DNA of 64,000 nucleotides from Vicinamibacterales bacterium (GCA_965247955.1 OZ252042.1:2266559-2330558); one strand, 5' to 3'. Counted from the stretch's first letter, positions 20,058-30,140 are shown. A program made the numbers and translations. Notes: generated from the sequence alone by a model not told the origin.

Positions 20058-21225
20058 AGCGCTGGCCGGCGCGGATGATGCTTAGAGTGGCGGTGCTTCC
20101 TATGGGAGCATCCGAAAGCAAGCGGGCGTAGTCGGACGCATCTTCAACCGGTTCGTTGTTAAACATCACAATGATGTCTCCGGGCTCGATGCCAGCACGC
20201 GCCGCCGCTGACCGCTGGTCAATTTGCCACACGACGACCCCTTGAGTATCCAACGCGCCAAGTTCATGGGCTAGTTGTGGTCTCAACGGCCGTACGACCA
20301 TATAGCCGAAGGAGCCTCGTCGTACCTTGCCGTACTTGACTAAATCCTGCATGACGCGTCTGGCCAGATTGCTTGGTACGGCGAACCCCACACCCTGATA
20401 GCCACCGCTTTCGCTATAGATCGCGGTATTGATGCCGATCAGTTCACCGCGAGTGTTGATTAACGCACCACCGGAATTACCAGGGTTGATAGCGGCATCC
20501 GTTTGGATGAAGTCTTCGTACTGAGCGACTCCTAGATTGTCACGTCCGATGGCGCTGACGATGCCCAGAGTGACGGTTTGATTCAGTTGGAACGGATTGC
20601 CCACGGCAAGGACCCACTCCGCAATTCGGAGACGGGCTGAGTCTCCCCAGGGCACCGTCGGCAGGTCGTCGTTGGGGATTCGTAGTAAGGCGATGTCGGT
20701 CGATTCGTCACGGCCGACAATTTCAGCCTCGAATTCCCGCTCGTCTGCAAGCGTCACCGTCACACCACTGGACTGCCGGCCTACTACGTGCGCATTCGTT
20801 AGGACATAGCCCTCCTTACTGATGACAACACCAGACCCGAGGCTCTCACGTTCTCTGTAACCAAACAGGTCACCCGAGTTGCCGAAGAAATAACGGAAGA
20901 AGGGGTCATCGTCGAAGAGGGACCGCTGACGCACAACCTGGCGTGAGGAGATATTAGTCACCGCGGAGATCGTCTGTTCGGCCACGTTGCTGAAGCTTGG
21001 CAGGGCTGACGCCTCGCTCTGGGGTAGTGGGGGTACAAGTGTTTGGTCGCTAAAGACAGAGGGCGCGGTCAGTTCCGGAAAAACCATTACTGGTTTTGGC
21101 ACGACCTCGGCCGCCGGTGCGGCTTCGCTTTCACTCCGGGAGCGGAGCTGGCCGGTGAGCACGATTCCGGCGACCATGCCGCCGAGAAACACAGTCGAGC
21201 TAAGCAAGATGACGCTTGTACGCAT
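20017..21225 (-). CDS. htrA: HtrA/DegP-family serine protease with PDZ domain
   Basis: Trypsin-like catalytic motifs (TNAHVV, DIALL, GNSGGALIN) plus a C-terminal PDZ domain. The Met at 21225 has GGAG 8 nt upstream and starts a membrane anchor. An alternative start lies at 21282. Confidence 0.85.
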   Translation of the reverse strand: MRTSVILLSSTVFLGGMVAGIVLTGQLRSRSESEAAPAAEVVPKPVMVFPELTAPSVFSDQTLVPPLPQSEASALPSFSNVAEQTISAVTNISSRQVVRQRSLFDDDPFFRYFFGNSGDLFGYRERESLGSGVVISKEGYVLTNAHVVGRQSSGVTVTLADEREFEAEIVGRDESTDIALLRIPNDDLPTVPWGDSARLRIAEWVLAVGNPFQLNQTVTLGIVSAIGRDNLGVAQYEDFIQTDAAINPGNSGGALINTRGELIGINTAIYSESGGYQGVGFAVPSNLARRVMQDLVKYGKVRRGSFGYMVVRPLRPQLAHELGALDTQGVVVWQIDQRSAAARAGIEPGDIIVMFNNEPVEDASDYARLLSDAPIGSTATLSIIRAGQRFKFEIEVSQAHQQ

Positions 21226-21362
21226 CAGAAGATCTCCATGGATCGGGACCTCTGTGTCCACTGGACGGTTCCAGAAGTCCATTCCATATGGTACGATAAA
21301 AAATTGTTTATGTACTTGTAAAAGACTGTTTCAGGTCAAAAGTTAGAATTAAAAATCCCATT

Positions 21363-21926
21363 ATGTCCTCTGTCCAGGCTACTCGTCTCCGCAAAGGCAT
21401 GCTGATTAAAATGAACCGTGACCTGTTCCGCATCCTCGACCTCACGCATCAAACTCCTGGGAACAAGCGTGGATTTGTTCAGAGCAAGCTTCGCAACATC
21501 CGGAGTTTAACCCTGAGTGACCACAAGTTCAGTTCCACGGATGACGTGGAGCGCGCCGTGCTTGACACGCGGAAGATGCAGTTTCTCTATGCTGACGGTG
21601 ATACGTATCACTTCATGGACACCGAGAGCTATGAGCAGACGTACTTGACCGCCGAGACGCTGGGCGATTCACTTAACTATCTTCTGCCAGAGGCGGTTAT
21701 CAAGGTCGAGCGGTTCGAGGGGGAGGCGGTTGGCATCGAGCTGCCGCTAACAGTTGACTTGACGGTAGAGGACACGACGCCGTCAATCAAGGGTGCAACA
21801 GCGAGCGCCCAACTCAAGCCGGCCCGGTTGGAAACTGGTTTGGTCGTTCAGGTGCCGCCGTTCATTGCCAACGGCGACAAGGTTCGCATCAAAACCGAGA
21901 CCGGCGAGTATCAGGGCCGTGCCTGA
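21363..21926 (+). CDS. efp: elongation factor P
   Basis: 187-aa ORF with full-length EF-P similarity (...PGNKRGFVQSKLRNIRSL...), including the conserved loop Lys/Arg. Confidence 0.95.
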   Translation: MSSVQATRLRKGMLIKMNRDLFRILDLTHQTPGNKRGFVQSKLRNIRSLTLSDHKFSSTDDVERAVLDTRKMQFLYADGDTYHFMDTESYEQTYLTAETLGDSLNYLLPEAVIKVERFEGEAVGIELPLTVDLTVEDTTPSIKGATASAQLKPARLETGLVVQVPPFIANGDKVRIKTETGEYQGRA

Positions 21927-21935
21927 GCACTCGAG

Positions 21936-22535
21936 GTGGTCAGTTCCCGTGCTACGAAAGCACCAGTGACCAATATTGAGGTTTCCACGGCCCTGAGTGC
22001 TGCGCTTCTCGCACTGGGTGCCGGGTTTCTGGTCGCCAATCTTCGGCTGTTCATTCAATTCCTTCGTTACTGGCGCCTGCGCTCGTCGGTTCTCGTCACT
22101 TGGCCCGGTCGCAAGCCGTCGTACTACGGTTTCCTGCTCGTCTTGGGTGTGGTTCTTGGCACGCTCGTGTTCGTCAAACTGGTCCTCCAGCAACGGCCAC
22201 CGATGTCCGCGTTCGGCGAAGGGATGATGTGTTTCTACTATGCCTACGCCTTTCCAATGAGCTTTCGCATCGAACGCGGATTGTACAAGGATGGCATCTG
22301 GGCCGAATCTGGCTTCGTTCCCTACTCAGAGATTGGTGGGCTGAGCTGGCGCGAGGATCGCGAGATCACACTCGTCATTATCTACCGGACGCGAAGCCTA
22401 GCGCGGTCCCTCAGTGTGCCACGAATGCACTACGGGGAAGTCCGCCGGCTCTTACGTGACAAAATTGCCACGCATGACATCCACTTCACGCTGAAGTCAT
22501 TTGCTCTCGGGACGGATGAACGAGATGTTGTCTAA
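21936..22535 (+). CDS. hypothetical membrane protein
   Basis: 199-aa ORF with three hydrophobic helices followed by a soluble tail. It lies directly downstream of efp. Confidence 0.45.
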   Translation: MVSSRATKAPVTNIEVSTALSAALLALGAGFLVANLRLFIQFLRYWRLRSSVLVTWPGRKPSYYGFLLVLGVVLGTLVFVKLVLQQRPPMSAFGEGMMCFYYAYAFPMSFRIERGLYKDGIWAESGFVPYSEIGGLSWREDREITLVIIYRTRSLARSLSVPRMHYGEVRRLLRDKIATHDIHFTLKSFALGTDERDVV

Positions 22536-22550
22536 ACCCGTGGGTTAGTA

Positions 22551-22754
22551 CTATCGAAGCAATCCGAGTATCCAGCCTATAAGCCCTGGCCCTTGAGCCA
22601 TCGGGTCACCGAGCCACTCCGGTGGCGAGCACCAGACGAACGCCAGGATCGCGATCACCATTAGGTCGTATTGCCAGGTTGCGCGCTCAAACGTCCAGAA
22701 GAGAGCGTGCCAGACTGCTTTAGTTGGTAGGGTTAGAAATCGCTGGAGTGTCAT
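22551..22754 (-). CDS. small hypothetical membrane protein
   Basis: 67 aa (MTLQRFLTLPTKAVWHALFW...) with two hydrophobic helices. Its ATG overlaps the stop of the upstream phosphatidyltransferase gene (ATGA at 22751..22754). Confidence 0.4.
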   Translation of the reverse strand: MTLQRFLTLPTKAVWHALFWTFERATWQYDLMVIAILAFVWCSPPEWLGDPMAQGPGLIGWILGLLR

Positions 22755-23350
22755 GCCAGTGCCTTCCCGTTGGTCCGTAACTCTCCCCACGTGTAATAGA
22801 TCCGATCGAGCACGGTTACCACTGATAGGACTAGAATTACCCACAGGACCGCGGCCATCCGATTCGTGAAGGCGCCGATCATGAAGAGCACGATCCGCTC
22901 CGGACGCTCCATGAATCCAACCTTGCATTTGTCGATGAGCGACTCGGCTCGCGCCCGCGTGTAGCTCGTCATCATTGAAAACATCAATGTCAGCGATGCG
23001 ATCAAGGCGTAGTCGGTCCGCCCGAGACTTGAGTACAAGTAGATCAGACCGATAAGCAGGAACATGTCCGAAAACCGATCCATGACTGAGTCCCAGAACC
23101 CTCCGAATCGTGATGCAAGGGCGGTGCGCTCAGCAACCTTTCCATCGATAAAATCAAAGATGTTAGCAACGATCATTACGACACCGGCTGTCCGGAAGTG
23201 GCCGACTCCCAGCTGCCACGCGGCAACGGCATTGATGATGACCCCAGTCAACGTCAACACGTTGGGGTGGATCCCAAGCCAGACACAAGCGTTGATGATG
23301 GCGCGCAGCGGGTATAGGCAGGTCGAGCCGATGGTTCCTGTGAAGGTCAT
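22751..23350 (-). CDS. CDP-alcohol phosphatidyltransferase family protein
   Basis: Signature DGKVAERTALASRFGGFWDSVMDRFSD, which is D-G-x2-A-R-x8-G-x3-D-x3-D. Confidence 0.8.
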   Translation of the reverse strand: MTFTGTIGSTCLYPLRAIINACVWLGIHPNVLTLTGVIINAVAAWQLGVGHFRTAGVVMIVANIFDFIDGKVAERTALASRFGGFWDSVMDRFSDMFLLIGLIYLYSSLGRTDYALIASLTLMFSMMTSYTRARAESLIDKCKVGFMERPERIVLFMIGAFTNRMAAVLWVILVLSVVTVLDRIYYTWGELRTNGKALA

Positions 23351-23386
23351 CGTAGGTCGGACAACCGGGGATTATACTTTGATTCC

Positions 23387-25231
23387 ATGTCGATCCAGGA
23401 TCTAAAGGCCCAGATCCGCCGTCTACCCCAACAGCCCGGTGTCTATCTGTACTTCAACCGTCGCGGAGAAACGATCTATATCGGTCGGGCGCGCGCGCTC
23501 AGAGACCGCGTGCGCAGTTATCTGGCCGCTTACGGAAACAGTCCGAAGACCGATGCATTGCTTAATGATGTGACCCGGTTCGAAGTAATTGTTACTGATT
23601 CAGTTGTCGAGGCACTGGCACTCGAGAACAATCTCATCAAACAACGTTCCCCACGTTACAATATTCTGCTACGGGACGATAAAAACTACCCTTACCTGCA
23701 GCTTACGACGTCGGAGGCCTTTCCGCGGGTGCTTGTGGCCCGCGGTGTGGCGAGCGACGGTAATTACTACGCCGGACCATTCTTGCCAGCAAGCTTTGCG
23801 CGCAAGACGATGGCCCTGACCCACCGTTTGTTCGGAATCCGGTCATGTAACGAGGTGATTACCGGCAAGCGTGGCCGCCCTTGTCTTGAATACGACATTA
23901 AACGATGTATCGGACCGTGTGTCGAGGAAATTTGCGATTGGGAACAGTACAACCAGGCCGTCGAGCATACTCGGATGTTCCTCGAAGGACGCAACGACGA
24001 GTTGATTGCCGACTTGAAGATCCAAATGCAGGCCGCGTCGGACGACCAGCGGTATGAGGAGGCAGCTCAGATTCGCGATGCGGTTCGCACGATCGAGACG
24101 TTGCAGAACCGACAGCAGAAGATGGCGACAGCGCGTCTCGGGGATCGTGACGCTTTCGGAGTGAAGATCGGCCCGGATGGTGTCGTCATCCAGGTTTTTC
24201 AGGTCAGAGGAGGACGGGTCGTAGAACGAGTCGAGTTGGTCACAGATCAGATCGAGGGGTCAAGCGACCGGGAAGTCGAGGTAGTGCGTACAGCGGTGCA
24301 GCAATTCTACGATGTACACGTGGTGCCGCCTGAGGTGCATGTGCCGGTCGACATCGGTCCCGACGAGCGCGAATCAGTGGAGTATTGGCTCTCGGAGCGA
24401 GCCGGACGCCGCGTCCGTCTGTTGGTCCCGAAGCGTGGTGATAAACGCGGGCTCCTTGATCTGGCGATGCGTAACGCGTCACTGGCCTACTCATCACGGT
24501 ATAGCGAGGAGACTCGTGCGCAGGCGGCAGCGGTCGACGAGCTGCGGTCGGTGCTAGCGCTGCCGGTAATGCCGCGACGTATCGAGTGTTTCGATGTCTC
24601 CACCATTCAAGGTAGTGACACCGTGGGAGCGATGGTTGTCTGCGAAGACGGTCGGATGCAGCGTAGTGGATACCGGAAGTACAAACTCAAGAGTCTTTGC
24701 GACTCGACCAGTCCAAAGCCTGATGATTTTGCCGCCATGGAGGAGGTGGTATTGCGACGTTACCGGCGACTACTCGAACAGGGCGGGCCATTTCCAGACC
24801 TAGTTGTCGTCGACGGGGGAAAGGGCCAGTTGTCAGCTGCCTATAAGGCCTTCGAGCAGCTGGGTCTGGCGAACCTAATGGCGGTCGGGATTGCAAAGAA
24901 GGAGGAGCTCATCTTCACACGAGACCGTAGAGAGCCGATTACGTTGGCGCATCAGAATCCGGCACTTCTGCTGGTTCAGCGGGTTCGAGACGAAGCCCAC
25001 CGCTTCGCGGTAACGTTTCACCGAAGTATCCGTGCTAAACGTGACCTGCGCTCTGAGCTCGACACTGTTCCTGGCATCGGGCCACAACGAAGGCGGGCGC
25101 TCCTTCGTAGGTTTGGGAGTGTGACCAATGTCCGACGCGCCACGCTCGAGGAATTGAAACCGGTCGTGGGAATGAAACTGGCGGCCACGCTGGTTGCCCA
25201 TTTCACGAAGCTGGCCGTCAGAAGTCTCTAG
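23387..25231 (+). CDS. uvrC: excinuclease ABC subunit C
   Basis: GIY-YIG N-terminus (GVYLYFNRRGETIYIGRA), a UVR domain, an endonuclease V-like domain and a C-terminal (HhH)2. Confidence 0.95.
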   Translation: MSIQDLKAQIRRLPQQPGVYLYFNRRGETIYIGRARALRDRVRSYLAAYGNSPKTDALLNDVTRFEVIVTDSVVEALALENNLIKQRSPRYNILLRDDKNYPYLQLTTSEAFPRVLVARGVASDGNYYAGPFLPASFARKTMALTHRLFGIRSCNEVITGKRGRPCLEYDIKRCIGPCVEEICDWEQYNQAVEHTRMFLEGRNDELIADLKIQMQAASDDQRYEEAAQIRDAVRTIETLQNRQQKMATARLGDRDAFGVKIGPDGVVIQVFQVRGGRVVERVELVTDQIEGSSDREVEVVRTAVQQFYDVHVVPPEVHVPVDIGPDERESVEYWLSERAGRRVRLLVPKRGDKRGLLDLAMRNASLAYSSRYSEETRAQAAAVDELRSVLALPVMPRRIECFDVSTIQGSDTVGAMVVCEDGRMQRSGYRKYKLKSLCDSTSPKPDDFAAMEEVVLRRYRRLLEQGGPFPDLVVVDGGKGQLSAAYKAFEQLGLANLMAVGIAKKEELIFTRDRREPITLAHQNPALLLVQRVRDEAHRFAVTFHRSIRAKRDLRSELDTVPGIGPQRRRALLRRFGSVTNVRRATLEELKPVVGMKLAATLVAHFTKLAVRSL

Positions 25232-25238
25232 ACCAAGA

Positions 25239-25257
25239 AAAGGGGCCTAACCCCTTT
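25239..25257 (+). terminator. candidate terminator hairpin after uvrC
   Basis: AAAGGGG-CCTAA-CCCCTTT lies 8 nt after the uvrC stop. The U-tract is weak. Confidence 0.3.
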
Positions 25258-25302
25258 CCCCTTGCTTGCCGAATCGTGCGCCTACGCTTATTCTTTTAAT
25301 CG

Positions 25303-25944
25303 TTGACTGGCTTAGACATCGGCGAACTGGCTATCGTTTTTGGCGTTCTTCTGTTCTCCCTGACAGTCCACGAATCGGCCCATGCTTGGTCGGCCGCGCG
25401 GCTGGGTGACCACACGGCCAGGCGGCTGGGGCGGATTTCGCTCAACCCGATTCGGCACGTCGACCCAATTGGCACGGTGCTACTGCCGCTGGTGGCTTTT
25501 ACAACCGGTGCACCGATCATCGGGTGGGCCAAGCCGGTGCCTATCAACTCGGCTAATCTGCAGCGGCCGCGCCAGGATTTTCTCTATATCGCGGCGGCTG
25601 GTCCTAGCAGTAACATCATCCTAGCCGTATTCGCTTCTTTGGTCATGAGCTCCGTGCCTGTCAGTCCAATCGACATCGGTGGTGTTGCGTTCCCGGTGTG
25701 GTCGATTGCTGCCGTGATGTTTAAGCTCAATTTGTTGCTGGCCGTGTTCAACATGGTGCCGATTCCGCCGCTTGACGGCGGCAATGTTCTGGCGGGCTTG
25801 CTGCCAGAGGCTTTAGCGGGCAGTTTCGACAAGCTCATTCGTCCGTGGGGGTTCATAATTCTATACGCACTACTCCTCACTGGAACCCTGAGCGCTATGA
25901 TCGTGCCGCCCTACCTCTTTTTGTCGGAGCTGTTGACCTGGTGA
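25303..25944 (+). CDS. site-2 protease (M50) family membrane metalloprotease
   Basis: HESAHAW (HExxH) within a TM helix, and a later NMVPIPPLDGG motif. TTG start. Confidence 0.8.
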   Translation: MTGLDIGELAIVFGVLLFSLTVHESAHAWSAARLGDHTARRLGRISLNPIRHVDPIGTVLLPLVAFTTGAPIIGWAKPVPINSANLQRPRQDFLYIAAAGPSSNIILAVFASLVMSSVPVSPIDIGGVAFPVWSIAAVMFKLNLLLAVFNMVPIPPLDGGNVLAGLLPEALAGSFDKLIRPWGFIILYALLLTGTLSAMIVPPYLFLSELLTW

Positions 25945-26933
25945 AGAAGCGGGTTGTCTCCGGCATGCGTCCGACCGGGAAGCTGCATTTCGGTCATCTA
26001 GTGGGAGCGCTTTCAAAATGGGTTGATCTACAAGCGGACTACGACTGCATGTATTTCGTTGCTGACTGGCACGCACTCACTAGCGAATATGGTGACACGT
26101 CTGAACTAACGAACGACGTCTACGACAACGTTGCCGACTGGATTGCCGCTGGGATCGATCCAGACCAGAGCACTCTCTTTATTCAGTCGCTGGTGCCGGA
26201 ACACGCAGAGCTTTTCCTGTTGTTGTCAATGGTGGTACCGATTCCGTGGCTGGAGCGGGTTCCGACCTACAAGGAGCAGATTGATCAGCTGAGCCACCGC
26301 GATCTGTCAACGCTCGGGTTTTTGGGGTATCCGCTGTTGCAGGGGGCTGACGTTATTATCTACGGTGCCAACTTCGTGCCGGTCGGCGAGGACCAGGTAC
26401 CGCACCTCGAGCTGACACGCGAAGTGATCCGACGGTTCCACGGCTTCTTCGGAGAGCTGTTTCCCGAGCCGCAGCCGTTGTTGACCAAGTTTTCGCGGTT
26501 GCCTGGCCTCGACAACCGTAAAATGAGTAAGAGCTACGGGAACACGATCGCTCTGTCGGATGATGCCGAGACTGTTCGCAAGAAGGTTATGCGGATGTAC
26601 ACCGATCCAAAACGGATCCGTGCAGATATTCCTGGAACCGTCGAAGGTAACCCGGTGTTTATCTATCACGATGCTTTCAACCCGGACATTGATGAAGTTG
26701 AGGACCTGAAGGCCCGTTATCGGACCGGGAAGGTGGGTGATGTCGAAGTCAAGCAGCAGCTGGCGCACGCACTTAACGTGTTGTTAGAACCAATGCGGGA
26801 ACGTCGTGCGGCAGTGCGGTCTCACCCAGGACGGATCCGTGAGATTTTATTCGATGGGTCGAGTCGCGCTCGCACAATTGCCAAGGAGAATATGAAACGC
26901 GTGCGAGAGGCAGTGCGTCTAAACTATGAGTAA
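25941..26933 (+). CDS. trpS: tryptophan--tRNA ligase
   Basis: SGMRPTGKLHFGHLVG (HIGH-type) and KMSKS motifs. The GTG at 25941 overlaps the preceding stop (GTGA). Confidence 0.95.
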   Translation: MKKRVVSGMRPTGKLHFGHLVGALSKWVDLQADYDCMYFVADWHALTSEYGDTSELTNDVYDNVADWIAAGIDPDQSTLFIQSLVPEHAELFLLLSMVVPIPWLERVPTYKEQIDQLSHRDLSTLGFLGYPLLQGADVIIYGANFVPVGEDQVPHLELTREVIRRFHGFFGELFPEPQPLLTKFSRLPGLDNRKMSKSYGNTIALSDDAETVRKKVMRMYTDPKRIRADIPGTVEGNPVFIYHDAFNPDIDEVEDLKARYRTGKVGDVEVKQQLAHALNVLLEPMRERRAAVRSHPGRIREILFDGSSRARTIAKENMKRVREAVRLNYE

Positions 26934-26960
26934 ACGGCAGGAATCTAACAGTTACAGTCT

Positions 26961-27764
26961 TTGATCATGGAGATTTCCTCAGGTTTCGAGTCGATCCTCC
27001 CAGAGTATCCCGTTAAGTTAGCTAACTTCGAGGGGCCACTCGATCTGTTGCTACACCTGGTTAAGCAACACGAGGTCGATATCTACGATATCCCGATCGT
27101 TCTCATCACGAAGCAGTATCTTGAGTATCTCGATGTAATGCAGGAGCTTAATCTCGACGTTGCGGGTGAGTTCCTTGTGATGGCGGCAACTCTGATCCAC
27201 ATCAAGTCGCGCACGCTTGTCCCGCGCCTCGAGAGTGAATCTGAAGAGGAGGCGAAGGAGGATCCGCGTGACGCGTTAGTTCGACACCTGCTCGAACACC
27301 AAAAGTTCAAGGCGGCTGCCGAGTTGCTGAAAGAGTGCGAGACAGCCCGCAGCACCCAGTGGCCACGCGCCGATGAACGGCTCACCGAGATGGCCGGCGA
27401 GCCGTTCGAACGTGAACTCGAAGTTGATCTCTTCAGCTTATTACAGGCCTTCCAGGCGGTTCTGGTCCGGTCGCGCGAACGTCCGCCGATGCTGCTACCG
27501 GAGGCAGTTGTTTCTATTGAAACGAGGATCACCCAATTGCTTGATCGGTTATCGGAAACCGAAGCCTGTGGCTTTGAGGACTTATTTACCGACGCGGCGG
27601 CGAGGCGAGATGTCATTACGACGTTCCTAGCGCTTCTTGAGATGATCCGACTGAATTTGATCCGCGTATTTCAAAGTAGTTCTATTGGGCCCATCCGAGT
27701 GTACAAACGAACGCGTCCGGCCGACACCCAGGGTCAGATGAGCAACAAACGAACTGGCAGCTAG
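26961..27764 (+). CDS. scpA: segregation and condensation protein A
   Basis: FEGPLDLLLHLVKQHEVDIYDIPI is the ScpA signature. The start is TTG 26961 or ATG 26967. Confidence 0.9.
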   Translation: MIMEISSGFESILPEYPVKLANFEGPLDLLLHLVKQHEVDIYDIPIVLITKQYLEYLDVMQELNLDVAGEFLVMAATLIHIKSRTLVPRLESESEEEAKEDPRDALVRHLLEHQKFKAAAELLKECETARSTQWPRADERLTEMAGEPFERELEVDLFSLLQAFQAVLVRSRERPPMLLPEAVVSIETRITQLLDRLSETEACGFEDLFTDAAARRDVITTFLALLEMIRLNLIRVFQSSSIGPIRVYKRTRPADTQGQMSNKRTGS

Positions 27765-27773
27765 GAGCGAGTC

Positions 27774-28409
27774 GTGTCAGACGATCTAAACGATCTGAAA
27801 GCGATCATCGAGGCAGTCATTTTCGCGTCGCCAGAGCCACTGACATTCAAGGCTTTGGTCAAGATTTTAGATGGTGAGCCACAAGCACATATTGAGGAGG
27901 CTCTGGCGGCGTTGAAAGGGAACTGGGACGAGGACAGCGGTCTTCAGCTGGTGGAGGTTGCAGGTGGATATCAGATCGTCACGCGTCCAGAGCTCCATGA
28001 ATGGGTGCGGCGTCTGTTTCACGAGCATTCAAAACAACGATTGTCGGCGCAGGCGCTCGAGACGCTGGCGGTCATTGCCTACCGGCAGCCCGTCACGGGA
28101 CCGGAGATCGCCGAGATTAGAGGTGTCAACACGAGCGGCGTGCTCGGGACGTTGGTTGAGCGCCGTCTCATCAAAGTGGTAGGGCGGAAACCGGTGATCG
28201 GTCGCCCATTTCTGTATGCCACGACCCGTGAGTTCCTGGATCGGTTCGGGCTTAAGGACCTGTCCGATCTGCCCAAGGTTGAGGACATGGCTGAAGCACT
28301 GGGAATGGACGTACCGGCAGGGCTCTCCGAGGCCTATCCGATGGACGAGGCATTACCTTTTGAGTCGGAGCCAGCGGCATCCGGCACACCGGAGGAGCAG
28401 ATTCACTGA
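27774..28409 (+). CDS. scpB: segregation and condensation protein B
   Basis: AIIEAVIFASPEPLT...AYRQPVTGPEIAEIRGV...GRPFLYATT. A GGAG RBS precedes the GTG start. Confidence 0.9.
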   Translation: MSDDLNDLKAIIEAVIFASPEPLTFKALVKILDGEPQAHIEEALAALKGNWDEDSGLQLVEVAGGYQIVTRPELHEWVRRLFHEHSKQRLSAQALETLAVIAYRQPVTGPEIAEIRGVNTSGVLGTLVERRLIKVVGRKPVIGRPFLYATTREFLDRFGLKDLSDLPKVEDMAEALGMDVPAGLSEAYPMDEALPFESEPAASGTPEEQIH

Positions 28410-28423
28410 GTAGACGCATTATC

Positions 28424-29209
28424 ATGAAAATTCGAGGAATCCGCCTACAGAAGATTCTTTCGTCGGCGGGGATTGCTTCACGGCGCGCGGCTGAGCAGCT
28501 GATTATCAATGGCCGTGTGACGCTTAACGGCACGATTGTCTCCAAACTAGGAGTGCGTGCCGATCCAGAGGCAGACGACATCAGAGTGGATACCCGCCGC
28601 GTAGGAAGAGCTCAGCGGCATCGCTACCTGTTGGTCAATAAGCCACGTGGCTACGTCACCACGAGGTCTGACCCACAGCGTCGGAAGACCGTAATGGACT
28701 TGGTATCTGGCGTTCGAGAGTACGTCTACCCGGTTGGTCGTCTCGACTATGATTCAGAGGGGTTGCTGCTGCTCACCAATGACGGAGCGCTTGCCCAACA
28801 GTTAACCCACCCCCGTGGCGGACTCATCCGGGTGTACGAAGCGGTTGTTCGAGGCGTCCCCACAGCTCGCGAGCTCAGCCGGTTCGCAGCGGGGATTTGG
28901 TTGGAGAAACGTCGAACAGCACCCACCGAGATTCGGCTGATGGGAAGCCACCGCACGCGTCAGCAGGATCAGGCACGTGTTCGGGTCACACTACGGGAGG
29001 GGCGCAATCGCCAAGTGCGCCGCATGTTTGATGCGATTGGTCACCCGGTGCTGCGTCTCCGACGGATCCAGCTTGGTCCGCTACGTGATCGTGGGTTGCC
29101 GCCAGGCCAGGTTCGTGAATTGACACTCCGAGACCTGGACCGGCTACGGCAGAGTCTTTCGGCTGGACCAGCGCCGGGTGGGTCGGGTTCAGCCGGGCAT
29201 ACGAAATGA
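28424..29209 (+). CDS. rluB: rRNA pseudouridine synthase (RluB/RsuA family) with S4 domain
   Basis: S4 domain RLQKILSSAGIASRRAAEQLI and catalytic PVGRLDYDSEGLLLLTNDG. Confidence 0.85.
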   Translation: MKIRGIRLQKILSSAGIASRRAAEQLIINGRVTLNGTIVSKLGVRADPEADDIRVDTRRVGRAQRHRYLLVNKPRGYVTTRSDPQRRKTVMDLVSGVREYVYPVGRLDYDSEGLLLLTNDGALAQQLTHPRGGLIRVYEAVVRGVPTARELSRFAAGIWLEKRRTAPTEIRLMGSHRTRQQDQARVRVTLREGRNRQVRRMFDAIGHPVLRLRRIQLGPLRDRGLPPGQVRELTLRDLDRLRQSLSAGPAPGGSGSAGHTK

Positions 29210-29883
29210 GTCCCGTGATTGCTATCGATGGACCATCTGGTGCCGGCAAGGGTACGGTCGCCCGAGCGGTGGCTCAAACACTAGAGTGTGTGTACGTAGA
29301 CACCGGGGCCATGTATCGAGCGGTCGCTTGGAAAAGCAAGCACCAAGGGTTTGATCTTGATGACGAAAACGCGATAACCGAGGTTGCAACCCGAGCGGTG
29401 TTTGACTTGAGTACCGCCCGGGTGGTCATCGACGGGCACGACGTTACACAAGCTATCCGAACACCGGAGATGGACGCGGCAGCCGCGACTGTGGCACGGA
29501 TGCCGAAGGTCCGGCAAGCATTGGTCTGGCACCAGCGGGAATACGCTAACAATTTGACCGTCGTTATGGAAGGACGAGACATCGGGACTGTTGTCTTTCC
29601 GAAAGCCGAGGTCAAGATCTACCTTGACGCATTAGCCGAGGAACGCGCTGCCCGGCGTTCGAAAGACCCTGTTCATAGGTGGTCAAAGGGTGCTGACCTC
29701 GCCGAGGTCGCGAGTGCCCTTGAGGCCCGAGACCGGTCTGACCGGACACGTCAAATCTCACCGTTGATGCGCGCGCCTGACGCAGTGTCGATTGATACGA
29801 CTGGGGTGCCAATTGCGGAAGTGGTACGAAGAGTGCTAGAAATTGTCAAAGAAAAACTGAGCAAATCAGAGACTAGTCTTTAA
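29206..29883 (+). CDS. cmk: (d)CMP kinase
   Basis: IAIDGPSGAGKGTVA P-loop and full-length Cmk similarity. It overlaps rluB by 4 nt. Confidence 0.95.
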   Translation: MSPVIAIDGPSGAGKGTVARAVAQTLECVYVDTGAMYRAVAWKSKHQGFDLDDENAITEVATRAVFDLSTARVVIDGHDVTQAIRTPEMDAAAATVARMPKVRQALVWHQREYANNLTVVMEGRDIGTVVFPKAEVKIYLDALAEERAARRSKDPVHRWSKGADLAEVASALEARDRSDRTRQISPLMRAPDAVSIDTTGVPIAEVVRRVLEIVKEKLSKSETSL

Positions 29884-29915
29884 GAGGTTTACAGTTTAGG
29901 CCTTACAGAGTTTGA

Positions 29916-29923
29916 AAAAATTA
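29916..29923. repeat. target-site duplication, left copy (AAAAATTA)
   Basis: An identical 8-mer abuts the other element end at 32449..32456. Confidence 0.85.
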
Positions 29924-29947
29924 GGGACCTACCTACTTGACGATCCT
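29924..29947. repeat. terminal inverted repeat (distal to transposase)
   Basis: GGGACCTACCTACTTGACGATCCT is the exact reverse complement of 32425..32448. Confidence 0.9.
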
Positions 29948-30137
29948 AGTAGCAGTAATTCTTTCGCCATCTGTCGGCAATCTCAGTTCTGACTTCCGTA
30001 TAGAGAGTTGGCTCGCGCGTGATATCGGCAATGATCCATCGACCATCGACCATTCTATACAGGCGTTCTGTTAATTCGGGATCTGTCGGCACAAACACCT
30101 TAGATACCGATGAAGGATCGAACGGTGCGTTGCTCAC
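29946..30137 (-). CDS. hypothetical 63-aa protein (passenger ORF; uncertain)
   Basis: GTG start 4 nt after the nuclease stop. The stop codon lies inside the terminal inverted repeat. I recognise no RBS and no family. Confidence 0.3.
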   Translation of the reverse strand: MSNAPFDPSSVSKVFVPTDPELTERLYRMVDGRWIIADITREPTLYTEVRTEIADRWRKNYCY

Positions 30138-30140
30138 TGT

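Noticed and set aside
21283-21362. The AT-rich divergent htrA/efp intergenic region, with a TAGAAT -10-like hexamer.
   Set aside because: No acceptable -35 element lies at 16-18 nt spacing. I could not support a specific promoter call from sequence alone.
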